64,000 nucleotides of DNA, from NCBI RefSeq assembly GCF_039654945.1, contig NW_027361738.1:92070001-92134000 (forward strand). The letters are read 5' to 3'. The stretch's first letter is position 1. Each line of letters starts with the position of its first letter. This document shows positions 51,528 through 64,000 of this stretch, piece by piece. The stretch comes from Dendrobates tinctorius (taxonomy: Eukaryota). Under the pieces are notes generated by a model, which worked only from the letters and a program-made list of their open reading frames with translations, searched no databases and was not told the DNA's origin. Both the position numbers and the translations under genes were made by a program.

Positions 51528-52526
51528 TCCTCTGTGGTGAGTAACCACATCTCTTGGTATAGCTATAGACTCCAAAAAATCCATTCTTCAGCTCATTCTT
51601 CACACTTTTTTGTGTATTTGAGTCTATGTTTTTGAGTGTATTGTTGTGCGAAATACTTCAGGTGGTCGTTTTAGGTGAGTGATAAACTGGAAAGAGGTAA
51701 TAACTGTTAAAGGTGCGATGTTGGTGCCATCTTAGCATCTGTGCACTCAGTATTTGGGAAGAAACTTCCAAAGCCGGTTACCAAAGCCAATAAAAAGCAA
51801 TGGGAAGCTGTTTGCTAGAATATAGGTTGATGTACTCAAAAAGATAGACCTGTGAGAACCTCTTCACATTTTCTAATGAGCCCACAATAATTTGTCCAAG
51901 GGGAGTTCCTTGAAATGCGTTGGCTGTAGATAGTCAAATTTCACTTCCTCGAAGTTAGAGTTGAGCTCCTGTATCTCCCTCAAGTCTCTTATTCTGAACC
52001 ATGTCGGCCAGGATCTCCACAGCTTTAGGCAGATCTTTGGACAGCGCCTTTATGTAGACCACCATCTCTCCTGGCTTCCCCATAGAAGTGCACACTTGCC
52101 TTCATAAAAGGAATAAGTTGATACCAGGTGGTGTAGGTTTGTCTCTATCAACAGGGCCATAGCCATAGAGGTTGTATAAAACCAAGATCCTGGTTCCTAA
52201 GGGGCCTAAAGGCCATTTAGCCTCAAAATGTGGAGATTGATGTCTAATGGTACATAGTATAGGAAAGAGGTAAAGAGCCTTCAGGATCAGGCAGATTAAA
52301 AAACAAAGCAAATGTGCCGAGCCAGGCGGTGCCTGTTCTTTTATAACTTCTGATGATGTGACACTGCCAGTCAACCACAGTAATGCCACAACCAAGATGG
52401 CTACAACATTACAGTGACTGGCAGGCAATCCCTGCATGCTTATTGGCTAACTAACATGCACCAAAGATGCAGGGTGGGGATTCGAGTTTTACATCGAGCA
52501 CCGCCCATTGCTTGCCAAGTAACGAG

Positions 52527-53179
52527 TGTCAAGAACACCGCACTGCACTTGCTCACTGAGCCAGTGCGTGTGTCCTGAGTACAAAAACTGTGCACAAAGA
52601 TACCTGTGGAGCAGGGCAGCAGTGGTGACGATGCATGCTCCAGGCTCACAGGACCTCGAAGCACGTGACTGCTGGGGGCGTGGCCTCAGTGCCACAGAGC
52701 TAGGAGCTGCAGGGAAAGTCCTAGAAAGGTAACTACTGGACAGTGTTACCAAGGGGCATAGACAGAGACAGAAACCAGATCAACGCACGAGATCGCACGA
52801 CAGTACCAAATGGTTAGACATAATGGATAGTCAGGACGTAGCAATAGATCAGAAAACCAGAACGGGCAGTAGACAGTACTATAGGGACAAACTGTAACGG
52901 AGTAACGATAGCCAAGCCAGGAGGTCAGAACCGGAGAAGACAATAGTACCAAAACGAGAGACGGAGTACAGAGTGAGGGAACAGGCCGGGTCATACATGG
53001 GAAGCAAACAAGCAACACAGAATACACGCACACCAGGGGTCAGACACACCAGAACAACAGTATAGCTGACAGAGAACCCTGGTAAAGAGTGAGTATAAAT
53101 ACCCCTCCCAGATCCAGAAAGAGGCCACCAACACTTAACCCTGTGAGTGCAGGGCAAGAACCCTGTTCAAACCATGACA
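52527..53179 (-). mobile_element. Solo LTR (653 bp) of a related Gypsy family
   Basis: TGTCA...ATGACA termini, ACGAG TSD (52522-52526 and 53180-53184). First ~55 nt nearly match the LTRs at 36267 and 42839. Confidence 0.92.
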
Positions 53180-54641
53180 ACGAGCATCCGAGCTCTGTGA
53201 CACTCGAGTGATAACCATTTGCTCATCCCTACTAGACTACCAGAAAGGTTGGCCAATCTCATAGGTGCCTGGTGAAGCCTCCCACAACCTCCCGTAAAGC
53301 AGCTCTTCCAGAAGGTTCCTTGAGCATAACACCGGGATCCTCAATCATCAGCCCCATCCTGGACATGAGAAATGGGATGTGTCCGACCTGGATAAGATGT
53401 GTGATTGCTCTCGTCACACAGTTCCCAGACAAACATAACAAACATTTTCAAGCATGAATTATGCCAACACAGACCTAGCCAATATGGGGCTGACTTTATC
53501 TTTTTTATTTTTTGCTAAGTCTACTTCTTTATAGCTTTACAGAACAAATTTATATTATTTTAATTCAATATATTCCAAAAACATCTGCTAATTATTGTGC
53601 TGTTATATCCTGACAATTGGTGGAGACTCTGGGAGACTCAAGTTTCCTTGAACCTTAAATTCCTTGTATAGACGTGAGCTAAAGGATAACATTCTACTTG
53701 CCTGCAGCCACCACTAGAGGGAGCTCAGGAGCTCATTATATATAAGTTATACTTTAAACATAATAATAAAGCAATAAACTGGATTTAGTGGTGACGGCAG
53801 ACAGACAAGATTTTATTAATTAACACAAAGCTTATCCAAAGAATGTGTAACTATGGGGCCAAAAATAGTGGAGCATAGATCTCTTAAAAAAATAAATAAA
53901 TAAATAAGCAAGATATTTGCGTCTAGTCCAGTGGCCATGGACAACTGATGAGAAAAGTGTTAGGGTCTCCAGTGCACTCTACGTCGATATGTACAGTTCA
54001 GGCAATACTTCTTTAACTTATAGCTGTCCTTGGTTTACTAAAAAAGTTACCAAATCAAAGTATAAATGGAAAGAGAAACAATGGGTGAATGTCCTTATGC
54101 TGCAAATGTCAAAAGCTACAGTCAGGCTCGAATATTACATCTGTGCTCAGGTGCGAAGAAATGTGAAAGTCTTGGCAAGTGAACTTCAGTAATGTAGAAG
54201 AACCAGATCTGCGAGTCATTTTAGTTTTTGCTTTGCAGGTTATAAAATACAGAAGAGAATTATCATTATCTTACATCCTGTAAAAAATCTCAGTACTTGT
54301 CACGGTTTCAGTATTAACAGCCACTAAATATCATCATAGGACGAGGAAGAGGAACAAGAGTGAAAGCCACAAACGAAAAATACCAAAAGACATAAAGTTC
54401 CCCAACATGACAGATTAAGCTTGTTATATCTTATCTATATAATATATATACTGTATATATAATCAGGTAAAATCTTCCTGAGTTCAGCTGAAAGTTGCAC
54501 CAGCAAAAACAACACTGGGTATTGTAATTATAATAATTATAATTATGGAAGAGCAATAATCCAAGTTATACAGACACAAGAGACTAGTATCTGCTATAAG
54601 GTATCAAAGTGCTACAAAGACATATATACAACATACAACCG

Positions 54642-56738
54642 CTATAATACTGCCTCTATGTACAGGAATATAACTACTATAATACTGCCCCCTATGTACA
54701 AGAATATAGCTACTATAATACTGCTCCTATATACAAGAATATAACTACTATAATACTGCCCCTATATACAAGAATATAACTACTATAATACTGCCTCTAT
54801 GTACAAGAATATAACTACTATAATACTGCCCCTATGTACAAGAATATAACTACTATAATACTGCCCCCTATGTACAAGAATATAACTACTATAATACTGC
54901 CCCCTATGTACAAGAATATAACTACTATAATACTGCCCCCTATGTACAAGAATATAACTACTATAATACTGCCCCTATGTACAAGAATATAACTACTATA
55001 ATACTGCCCCTATGCACAAGAATATGACTATTATAATACTGCCCCTATGTACAAGAATATAACTACTATAATACTGCCCCCTATGTACAAGAATATAACT
55101 ACTATAATACTGCTCCCTATGTACAAGAATATAACTACTATAATACTGCTCCTATATACAAGAATATAACTACTATAATACTGCTCCTATGTACAAGAAT
55201 ATAACTACTATAATACTGCCCCTATATACAAGAATATAACTACTATAATACTGCCCCCTATGTACAAGAATATAACTACTATAATACTGCCCCTATGTGC
55301 AAGAATATAACTACTATAATACTGCTCCCTATGTACAAGAATATAACTACTATAATACTGCCCCTATGTGCAAGAATATAACTACTATAATACTGCTCCC
55401 TATGTACAAGAATATAACTACTATAATACTGCTCCTATGTACAAGAATATAACTACTATAATACTGCTCCTATGTCCAAGAATATAACTACTATAATACT
55501 GCTCCTATGTCCAAGAATATAACTATTATAATACTGCTCCAATGTACAAGAATATAACTACTACAATACTGCCCCTATGTACACGAATATACTGTAACTA
55601 CTATAATACTGCCCCTATGTACAAGAATATAACTGCTATAATACTGCCCCCTATGTACAAGAATATAACTACTATAATACTGCCCCCTATGTACAAGAAT
55701 ATAACTACTATAATACTGCCCCCATGTACAAGAATATAACTACTATAATACTGCCCCCTATGTACAAGACTATAACTACTATAATACTGCCCCCTATGTA
55801 CAAGAATATAACTACTATAATACTGCCCCCATGTACAAGAATATAACTACTATAATACTGCCCCTATGTACAAGAATATAACTACTATAATACTGCCTTC
55901 TATGTACAAGAATATAACTACTATAATACTGCTCCCTATGTACAAGAATATAACTACTATAATACTCCCCCTATGTACAAGAATATAACTACTATAATAC
56001 TGCTCCTATGTACAAGAATATAACTACTATAATACTGCCCCTATGTACAAGAATATAACTACTATAATACTGCCCCCTATGTACAAGAATATAACTACTA
56101 TAATACTGCCCCCATGTACAAGAATATAACTACTATAATACTGCCCCTATGTACAAGAATATAACTACTATAATACTGCCTTCTATGTACAAGAATGTAA
56201 CTACTATAATACTGCCCCTATGTACAAGAATATAACTACTATAATACTGCCCCCATGTACAAGAATATAACTACTATAATACTGCCCCTATGTACAAGAA
56301 TATAACTACTATAATACTGCCTTCTATGTACAAAAATATAACTACTATAATACTGCCCCTATGTACAAGAATATAACTACTATAATACTGCCCCCATGTA
56401 CAAGAATATAACTACTATAATACTGCTCCTATGTACAAGAATATAACTACTATAATACTGCCCCTATGTACAAGAATATAACTACTATAATACTGCTCCT
56501 ATGTACAAGAATATAACTACTATAATACTGCTCCTATGTACAAGAATATAACTACTATAATACTGCCCCCATGTACAAGAATATAACTACTATAATACTG
56601 CCCCCTATGTACAATAATATAACTACTATAATACTGCCCCTATGTACAAGAATATAGCTACTATAATACTGCTCCTATGTACAAGAATATAACTACTATA
56701 ATACTGCCCCCTATGTACAAGAATATAACTACTATTAT
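54642..56738 (+). repeat. 35-bp minisatellite, intronic array (~60 units)
   Basis: Same unit and orientation as the upstream arrays. Confidence 0.96.
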
Positions 56739-57405
56739 AGTAAACCTCTGTATAAATCTGTATATTTTTGTATATTTGATCAGGGAACCATTCTGTTTAA
56801 TAATATGTACATGGGGCTATGCGCTTTCATGCAGTTTATGTAGATATTACGTCCTTTAGGACTATCCGATGTGATGATAAATAGTGATTATATGTTCTGT
56901 ACACGGCTCATTTCTCAGGTGACATATCCGTCAGCAGTGATTATGACTCTTGCAGTAAACACACATTATTGCTCGCTGACATGTTCTCCTGATTATAGTA
57001 AACACTTTAGTGACTTCCAACATTTCAGCCACAATTAAAAGCTCCTTTTAGAGGAAGGACGATTCATGATAGTTCTTAAAAGAACAGCAAGGGAAAAATG
57101 AGTGTCTTTTCTCTGCCTAATGCATGTTGTGGGGCCGAGCTTGGAACAGGGATTCTTACACAATAGAATGTGGACACAAACCCTAAAGGAACGCCAGTGA
57201 TACATGTGGCACATTCTCCCTCTTAATTATTGTTCATCTGATACATATCTAACACTTCCAAATGTGTAATACTTAGCTGCAATACCAGACTCAGCCACAC
57301 AGACAAGAGTGGCGCTGTCCCTGTAACAAAAAAAAAAAAAGTTTCCTGCTTTTTTTTTCTAATATGTTAAGTATTTACGGAAGTTAGTTTAACCTTTTGA
57401 AAACA

Positions 57406-59107
57406 ACCCGATCCCATCCCACTTCATCCCAAACCTCACCACAGTCTTCATCCCAACCCTAACCCATCTCTTCAACCTATCACTAACAACTGGTGTTTTC
57501 CCCTCAAGCTTTAAACATGCCTCCATCACACCTATCCTCAAAAAGCCCTCTCTTGACCCATCCTCTGTATCTAGCTATCGCCCTATATCACTTCTCCCAT
57601 ACGCCTCCAAGCTACTGGAACAACACGTCTACCTTGAACTGTCCTCCCATCTCTCTTCTTGCTCCCTCTTCGACCGCTTACAATCTGGCTTCCGGTCACA
57701 CCACTCCACTGAAACTGCCCTTACTAAGGTCACCAATGACCTCTTAACTGCCAAGAGCAAGCGACACTACTCTGTCCTCCTCCTCCTGGACCTGTCGGCT
57801 GCCTTTGACACAGTGGACCATTCCCTATTATTACAGACCCTCTCATCCCTCGGCATCACAGACTTGGCCCTCTCCTGGATCTCATCATACCTAACAGACC
57901 GGACATTCAGCGTCTCCCACTCACACACCACCTCCTCACCTCGCCCCCTATCTGTCGGAGTCCCACAAGGTTCAGTCCTAGGGCCCCTGCTGTTCTCTAT
58001 TTACACCTTTGGCCTGGGACAGCTCATAGAATCTCATGGCTTTCAGTATCATCTTTATGCTGATGACACACAGATCTACATCTCTGGACCAGATATCACC
58101 TCCCTAGTAACCAGAATCCCTCAATGTCTGTCCACTATTTCATCCTTCTTCTCCACTAGATATCTGAAACTCAACATGGACAAAACAGAATTCATCATCT
58201 TTCCCCCATCTCACGTGACCCCCCCTACGAACCTATGAATTACAGTAAATGACTGCCCACTCTCCCCAGTCCCACAAGCTCGCTGCCTCGGAGTAATCCT
58301 TGATGCTGATCTCTCCTTCAAACCACATATCCAAACCCTTTCCACTTCCTGCCGACTTCAACTCAAAAATATTTCACGCATCCGTTCATTCCTCACCCAA
58401 GAATCTGCAAAAACCCTAGTCCATGCCCTCATCATCTCTCGCCTTGACTACTGCAACCTCATGCTCTGCGGCCTCCCCTCAAACACTCTCGCACCCCTCC
58501 AATCTATTCTAAACTCTGCTGCCCGACTAATCCACCTGTCCCCCCGCTATTCCCCAGCTTCTCCCCTCTGTCAATCCCTTCACTGGCTCCCAATTGCCCA
58601 GAGACTCCATTACAAAACCCTAACCATGACATACAAAGCCATCCACAACTTGTCTCCTCCATACATCTGTGACCTCGTCTCCCGGTACTTTCCTGCACGC
58701 AACCTCCGATCCTCACAAGATCTCCTTCTCTACTCCCCTCTTATCTCCTCTTCCCACAATCGCATACAAGATTTCTCTCGCGCATCACCCCTACTCTGGA
58801 ACTCTCTACCACAACATATCAGACTCTCACCTACCATCGAAACCTTCAAAAAGAGCCTGAAGACCCACCTCTTCCGACAAGCCTATAACCTGCAGTAACC
58901 ACCGATCGACCAAACCGCTGCACGACCAGCTCTACCCTCACCTACTGTATTATCACCCATCCCTTGAAGATTGTGAGCCCTCGCGGGCAGGGTCCTCTCT
59001 CCTCCTGTACCAGTTATGACTTGTATTGTTTAAGATTATTGTACTTGTTTTTATGTATACCCCTCTCACATGTAAAGCGCCATGGAATAAATGGCGCTAT
59101 AACAATA

Positions 59108-59136
<29 letters not shown>
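57406..59136 (+). mobile_element. 5'-truncated L2 family B copy
   Basis: Nearly identical to the reverse complement of about 43705-45426; one TCA>TGA stop at 58236-58238; (TAA)n tail. Confidence 0.94.
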
Positions 59137-59139
<3 letters not shown>

Positions 59140-60307
59140 CAACTCGATTACGTTTCTGGAGTAGGATTAGAGAAGTAGCATCTGACTCGGCGCAGTCATA
59201 AAGACGATGACCTTTATTAGAGGCCTCTATAAATATATCAATTAATAACCGCGGCTCGGCCATTCATCATGTCGTATATTTCCATGTGTAGATATGAGCT
59301 ATAAAAAAGCAGTCAGTGTTTCAAGAAAATGCAACATATAAAAGGAATGCGGGTAGCAGAGGTGGAGCGTACGTCTACTTCGGAACACTTTTATCGCTAC
59401 GTTGTATCTAAAGTAATAAAAAGGCGGCACTGCGAAACAAAGCTTGATCTCAGAAACCTTTGTCGTTTTGTGTACGCAGCTCCTATGCGGAGCTATATGG
59501 CTTTATAGACACAGAATCGCAATAAAAGTTGTTTGTAGCTTGGTCGTAAATGTCAACAGGTGCAGAGTACAGGAGGGGTCATAGGATAAGAGAGGCTTTC
59601 CTCATCCTGTTGAAGTTGGGTGGTCCTCTCTGCATTATTAATGGCAAAGGGGGGGCTCACGTGAGTCCGCCTTCTGGACCATTAGAGGAGAAGGAGCACT
59701 CATGTAAGAAACGTCAGACACCCTAACCCTAAGGGGCATTTATTAAGGGGTTAACATCTAATTTGTGTGCGGCTTGGTGGATGACTCCTCTTTATATAAT
59801 CAGGCATGAAGAGTTCTTAAAGGGATTTTTTTGTTCCTTTGGAGACTTGTTTTTTATATTGCATACGTGTATCTCGGACTTAAAGAATCATTTTTGCAAT
59901 TGGGCTTCATTAAAGATTTTGCACTGTTTGGCTTTACAGGCTCTTTGTTTCCCTGCACATTACACTTTGATGTGGTCAGAAATCAGGGGAAAGGAGCTCA
60001 GAAAAAGACAAGATATAAGAACTACAAACGCTCTTCACATACCGGCACAATGAGCTCACTGATAGATTCTCAGTTAACTCCAGCAATAGACAATGTAGCA
60101 CAGAAGCTATAGAAGGCAAATGGTGCAAAATCTTTAATTAAACCCAATTGTAAAACTGTTTAATTTTTTTTTAGCGCAAAATACAATAATTACCTACAAA
60201 ACTCTGTGCTGAGTAACAAACTCAGCTCTGCTTCATTTCCAGAAATATTGTGAATGTGGTGAACCGGAGCAATCTTTGCCTATTCACACAGCGTTCTTCT
60301 GTTGCAG

Positions 60308-60457
60308 GTGATTTACCAGTGGTGCGGATCGACGTGCAACAAGTACGAGCGCTACAAGGCCGCGCAAGTAGCCAACGGAATACGCGACAACGAGAGGAAG
60401 GGGCGAGCGGGCCTTGTAGTGGTGGAAGAGGGCAGCGAACCCCCGGAACTCACTAAG
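60308..60457 (+). CDS. SCIN: Scinderin coding exon 4 (gene continues beyond window)
   Basis: Acceptor ttctgttgcag|, donor AAG|gtattg. 150 nt encoding [50 protein letters not shown], in frame with exon 3. Confidence 0.93.
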
Positions 60458-61143
60458 GTATTGTATAGAGTTTATTTTTTATAGATAATAGTAAAAAATT
60501 ATATAAAATTTAAAAAAATTGTGTAACTTCTCTCTGTCGTGAGATATTTGCACAAAATGTCCCAAAATATTTCACATATAAACCTTCCTACATTGGTTCC
60601 TACATATGAATATAATGTTTCACATTCATAGAGATGGGGGCACTGTTTCATTGATACCTATGGGAAGTATTTGCTAACGATGGTGCCGAAAAGGGGTATT
60701 ACAAGTCTTATTAAATTGATGTATGTTTTGAAGGTCATTATGGCCAAGAAATGACAGATCCCTGACTGCAATCTATAAGAAACAATAAAAGATGGAAGGA
60801 ACCCGTTTTCACCGGAATTGTGACATCCCCTTTAATTGATCTAATTGTGGCACACGTATATTTATGTAAGAGTTTCTCCAGAGTTTTGTGATAGCTTCAG
60901 TGCATTCTGGGTAATTTATTGTTTATTATACTGGAAAAAAAAACACCATATCTCGTCCCATATCACCAGAGACGTGTGAGGACGGTCAGTGGTCACATGA
61001 TTATCGTGCCGCAGACATTGACTCATGTGCTGAGGTTTGTCTGTAACAGATATAGTGTTATTGTTGCATCACTTTTATGTTTAATACATCCAGCAAGAAG
61101 CATCATTCAACTGATTGCAATATTACATCACAAAAAATAATTG

Positions 61144-64000
61144 GACCGCTCTTACAGTACAGAGCTCTATAGTGTGACCGCTCTTACAGTACAGAGCTCT
61201 ATAGTGTGACCGCTCTTACAGCACAGAGCTCTATAGTGTGACCGCTCTTACAGTACAGAGCTCTATAGTGTGACCGCTCTTACAGTACAGAGCTCTATAG
61301 TGTGACCGCTCTTACAGTACAGAGCTCTATAGTGTGTCCGCTCTTACAGTACAGAGCTCTATAGTGTGACCGCTCTTACAGTACAGAGCTCTATAGTGTG
61401 ACCGCTCTTACAGCACAGAGCTCTATAGTGTGACCGCTCTTACAGTACAGAGCTCTATAGTGTGACCGCTCTTACAGTACAGAGCTCTATAGTGTGACCG
61501 CTCTTACAGTACAGAGCTCTATAGTGTGACCGCTCTTACAGCACAGAGCTCTATAGTGTGACCGCTCTTACAGTACAGAGCTCTATAGTGTGACCGCTCT
61601 TACAGTACAGAGCTCTATAGTGTGACCGCTCTTACAGTACAGAGCTCTATAGTGTGACCGCTCTTACAGTACAGAGCTCTATAGTGTGTCCGCTCTTACA
61701 GTACAGAGCTCTATAGTGTGACCACTCTTACAGCACAGAGCTCTATAGTGTGACCGCTCTTACAGTACAGAGCTGTATAGTGTGACCGCTCTTACAGTAC
61801 AGAGCTCTATGGTGTGACCGCTCTTACAGCACAGAGCTCTATAGTGTGACCGCTCTTACAGCACAGAGCTCTATAGTGTGACCGCTCTTACATTACAGAG
61901 CTCTATAGTGTGACCGCTCTTACAGTGCACAGCTCTATAGTGTGACCGCTCTTACAGTACAGAGCTCTATAGTGTGACCGCTCTTACAGTACAGAGCTCT
62001 ATAGTGTGACCGCTCTTACAGTACAGAGCTCTATAATGTGACCGCTCTTACAGTACAGAGCTCTATAGTGTGACCGCTCTTACAGTAGAGAGCTCTATAG
62101 TGTGACCGCTCTTACAGTACACAGCTCTATAGTGTGACCGCTCTTACAGTACAGAGCTCTATAGTGTGACCGCTCTTACAGTACAGAGCTCTATAGTGTG
62201 ACCGCTCTTACAGTACAGAGCTCTATAGTGTGTCCGCTCTTACAGTACAGAGCTCTATAATGTGACCGCTCTTACAGTACAGAGCTCTATAGTGTGACCG
62301 CTCTTACAGAACAGAGCTCTATAGTGTGACCGCTCTTACAGTGCAGAGCTCCATAGTGTGACCGCTCTTACAGTGCAGAGCTCTACAGTGTGACCGCTCT
62401 TACAGTACAGAGCTCTATAGTGTGACCGCTCTTACAGTACAGAGCTCTATAGTGTGACCGCTCTTACAGTGCAGAGCTCCATAGTGTGACCGCTCTTACA
62501 GTACAGAGCTCTATAGTGTGACCGCTCTTACAGTACAGAGCTCTATAATGTGACCGCTCTTACAGTACAGAGCTCTATAGTGTGACCGGTCTTACAGTAC
62601 AGAGCTCTATAGTGTGACCGCTCTTACAGTGCAGAGCTCCATAGTGTGACCGCTCTTACAGTGCAGAGCTCCATAGTGTGACCGCTCTTACAGTACAGAG
62701 CTCTATAGTGTGACCGCTCTTACAGTACAGAGCTCTATAGTGTGACCGCTCTTCCAGTGCAGAGCTCTATAGTGTGACCGCTCTTACAGTACACAGCTCT
62801 ATAGTGTGACCGCTCTTACAGTACAGAGCTCTATAGTGTGACCGCTCTTACAGTACAGAGCTCTATAGTGTGACCGTTCTTACAGTACACAGCTCTATAG
62901 TGTGACCGCTCTTACAGTACAGAGCTCTATAGTGTGACCGCTCTTACAGTACACAGCTCTATAGTGTGACCGCTCTTACAGTACAGAGCTCTATAGTGTG
63001 ACCGCTCTTACAGTACAGAGCTCTATAGTGTGACCGCTCTTACAGTACAGAGCTCTATAGTGTGACCGCTCTTACAGTACAGAGCTCTATAGTGTGACCG
63101 CTCTTACAGTACAGAGCTCTATAGTGTGACCGCTCTTACAGTACAGAGCTCTATAGTGTGACCGCTCTTACAGTACAGAGCTCCATAGTGTGACCGCTCT
63201 TACAGTACAGAGCTCTATAGTGTGACCGCTCTTACAGTACACAGCTCTATAGTGTGACCGCTCTTACACTACACAGCTCTATAGTGTGACCGCTCTTACA
63301 GTACAGAGCTCTATAGTGTGACCGCTCTTACAGTACAGAGCTCTATAGTGTGACCGCTCTTACAGTACAGAGCTCTATAGTGTGACCGCTCTTACAGTAC
63401 AGAGCTCTATAGTGTGACCGCTCTTACAGTACAGAGCTCTATAGTGTGACCGCTCTTACAGTACAGAGCTCTATAGTGTGACCGCTCTTACAGTACAGAG
63501 CTCTATAGTGTGACCGCTCTTACAGTACAGAGCTCTATAGTGTGACCGCTCTTACAGTACAGAGCTCTATAGTGTGACCGCTCTTACAGTACAGAGCTCT
63601 ATAGTGTGGCCACTCTTACAGTACAGAGCTCTATAGTGTGACCGCTCTTACAGTACAGAGCTCTATAGTGTAATCGCTCTTACAGTACAGAGCTCTATAG
63701 AGTGACCGCTCTCACAGTACACAGCTCTATAATGTGACCGCTCTTACAGTACAGAGCTCTATAGTGTGACCGCTCTTACAGTACAGAGCTCTATAGTGTG
63801 ACCGCTCTTACAGTACAGAGCTCTATAGTGTGACCGCTCTTACAGTACAGAGCTCTATAGTGTGACCGCTCTTACAGTACAGAGCTCTATAGTGTGACCG
63901 CTCTTACAGTACAGAGCTCTATAGTGTGACCGCTCTTACAGTACAGAGCTCTATAGTGTGACCGCTCTTACAGTACAGAGCTCTATAGTGTGACCGCTCT
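61144..64000 (+). repeat. 32-bp minisatellite (~89 units, runs off window)
   Basis: Tandem GTGTGACCGCTCTTACAGTACAGAGCTCTATA. Confidence 0.97.

Noticed and set aside
12429-60457. Assignment as gelsolin, villin or advillin
   Set aside because: The N-terminus (LYHKEF), VVTNDLTA, QWCGSxCNKYER and VEEGSEP motifs fit scinderin better. A scinderin-like paralog cannot be excluded without a phylogeny.

Overview
Repeat-rich vertebrate DNA, most likely from an anuran amphibian (inferred from the TE and minisatellite repertoire). The only host gene is the 5' part of scinderin/adseverin (SCIN, gelsolin family). Four coding exons lie on the + strand (12429-12621, 19276-19430, 23744-23905, 60308-60457) and the gene continues past the window. 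Upstream, a Tx1-type L1-clade retrotransposon sits in exact register inside a 35-bp minisatellite, next to a Penelope-like remnant with hammerhead-ribozyme motifs. The 36.4-kb intron 3 is filled with transposons. It holds a decayed L2 LINE and a Tf1/sushi-type chromoviral Gypsy element (ATATT TSD) interrupted by an intact DD34E Tc1 transposon. It also holds an intact single-ORF L2 with an 11x111-bp 5' array, a near-identical inverted truncated copy of that L2, a solo LTR, many palindromic MITEs and several minisatellites. The most notable sequence-level signals are: a self-priming PBS conserved across two LTR families; a GGGAAAC slippery site plus hairpin for -1 frameshifting; non-canonical 2A-like peptides in two L2 families; splice-site/micro-exon structure in the L2 5' array; a tandemly amplified Pol III A-box; and possible minisatellite targeting by the Tx1 element.
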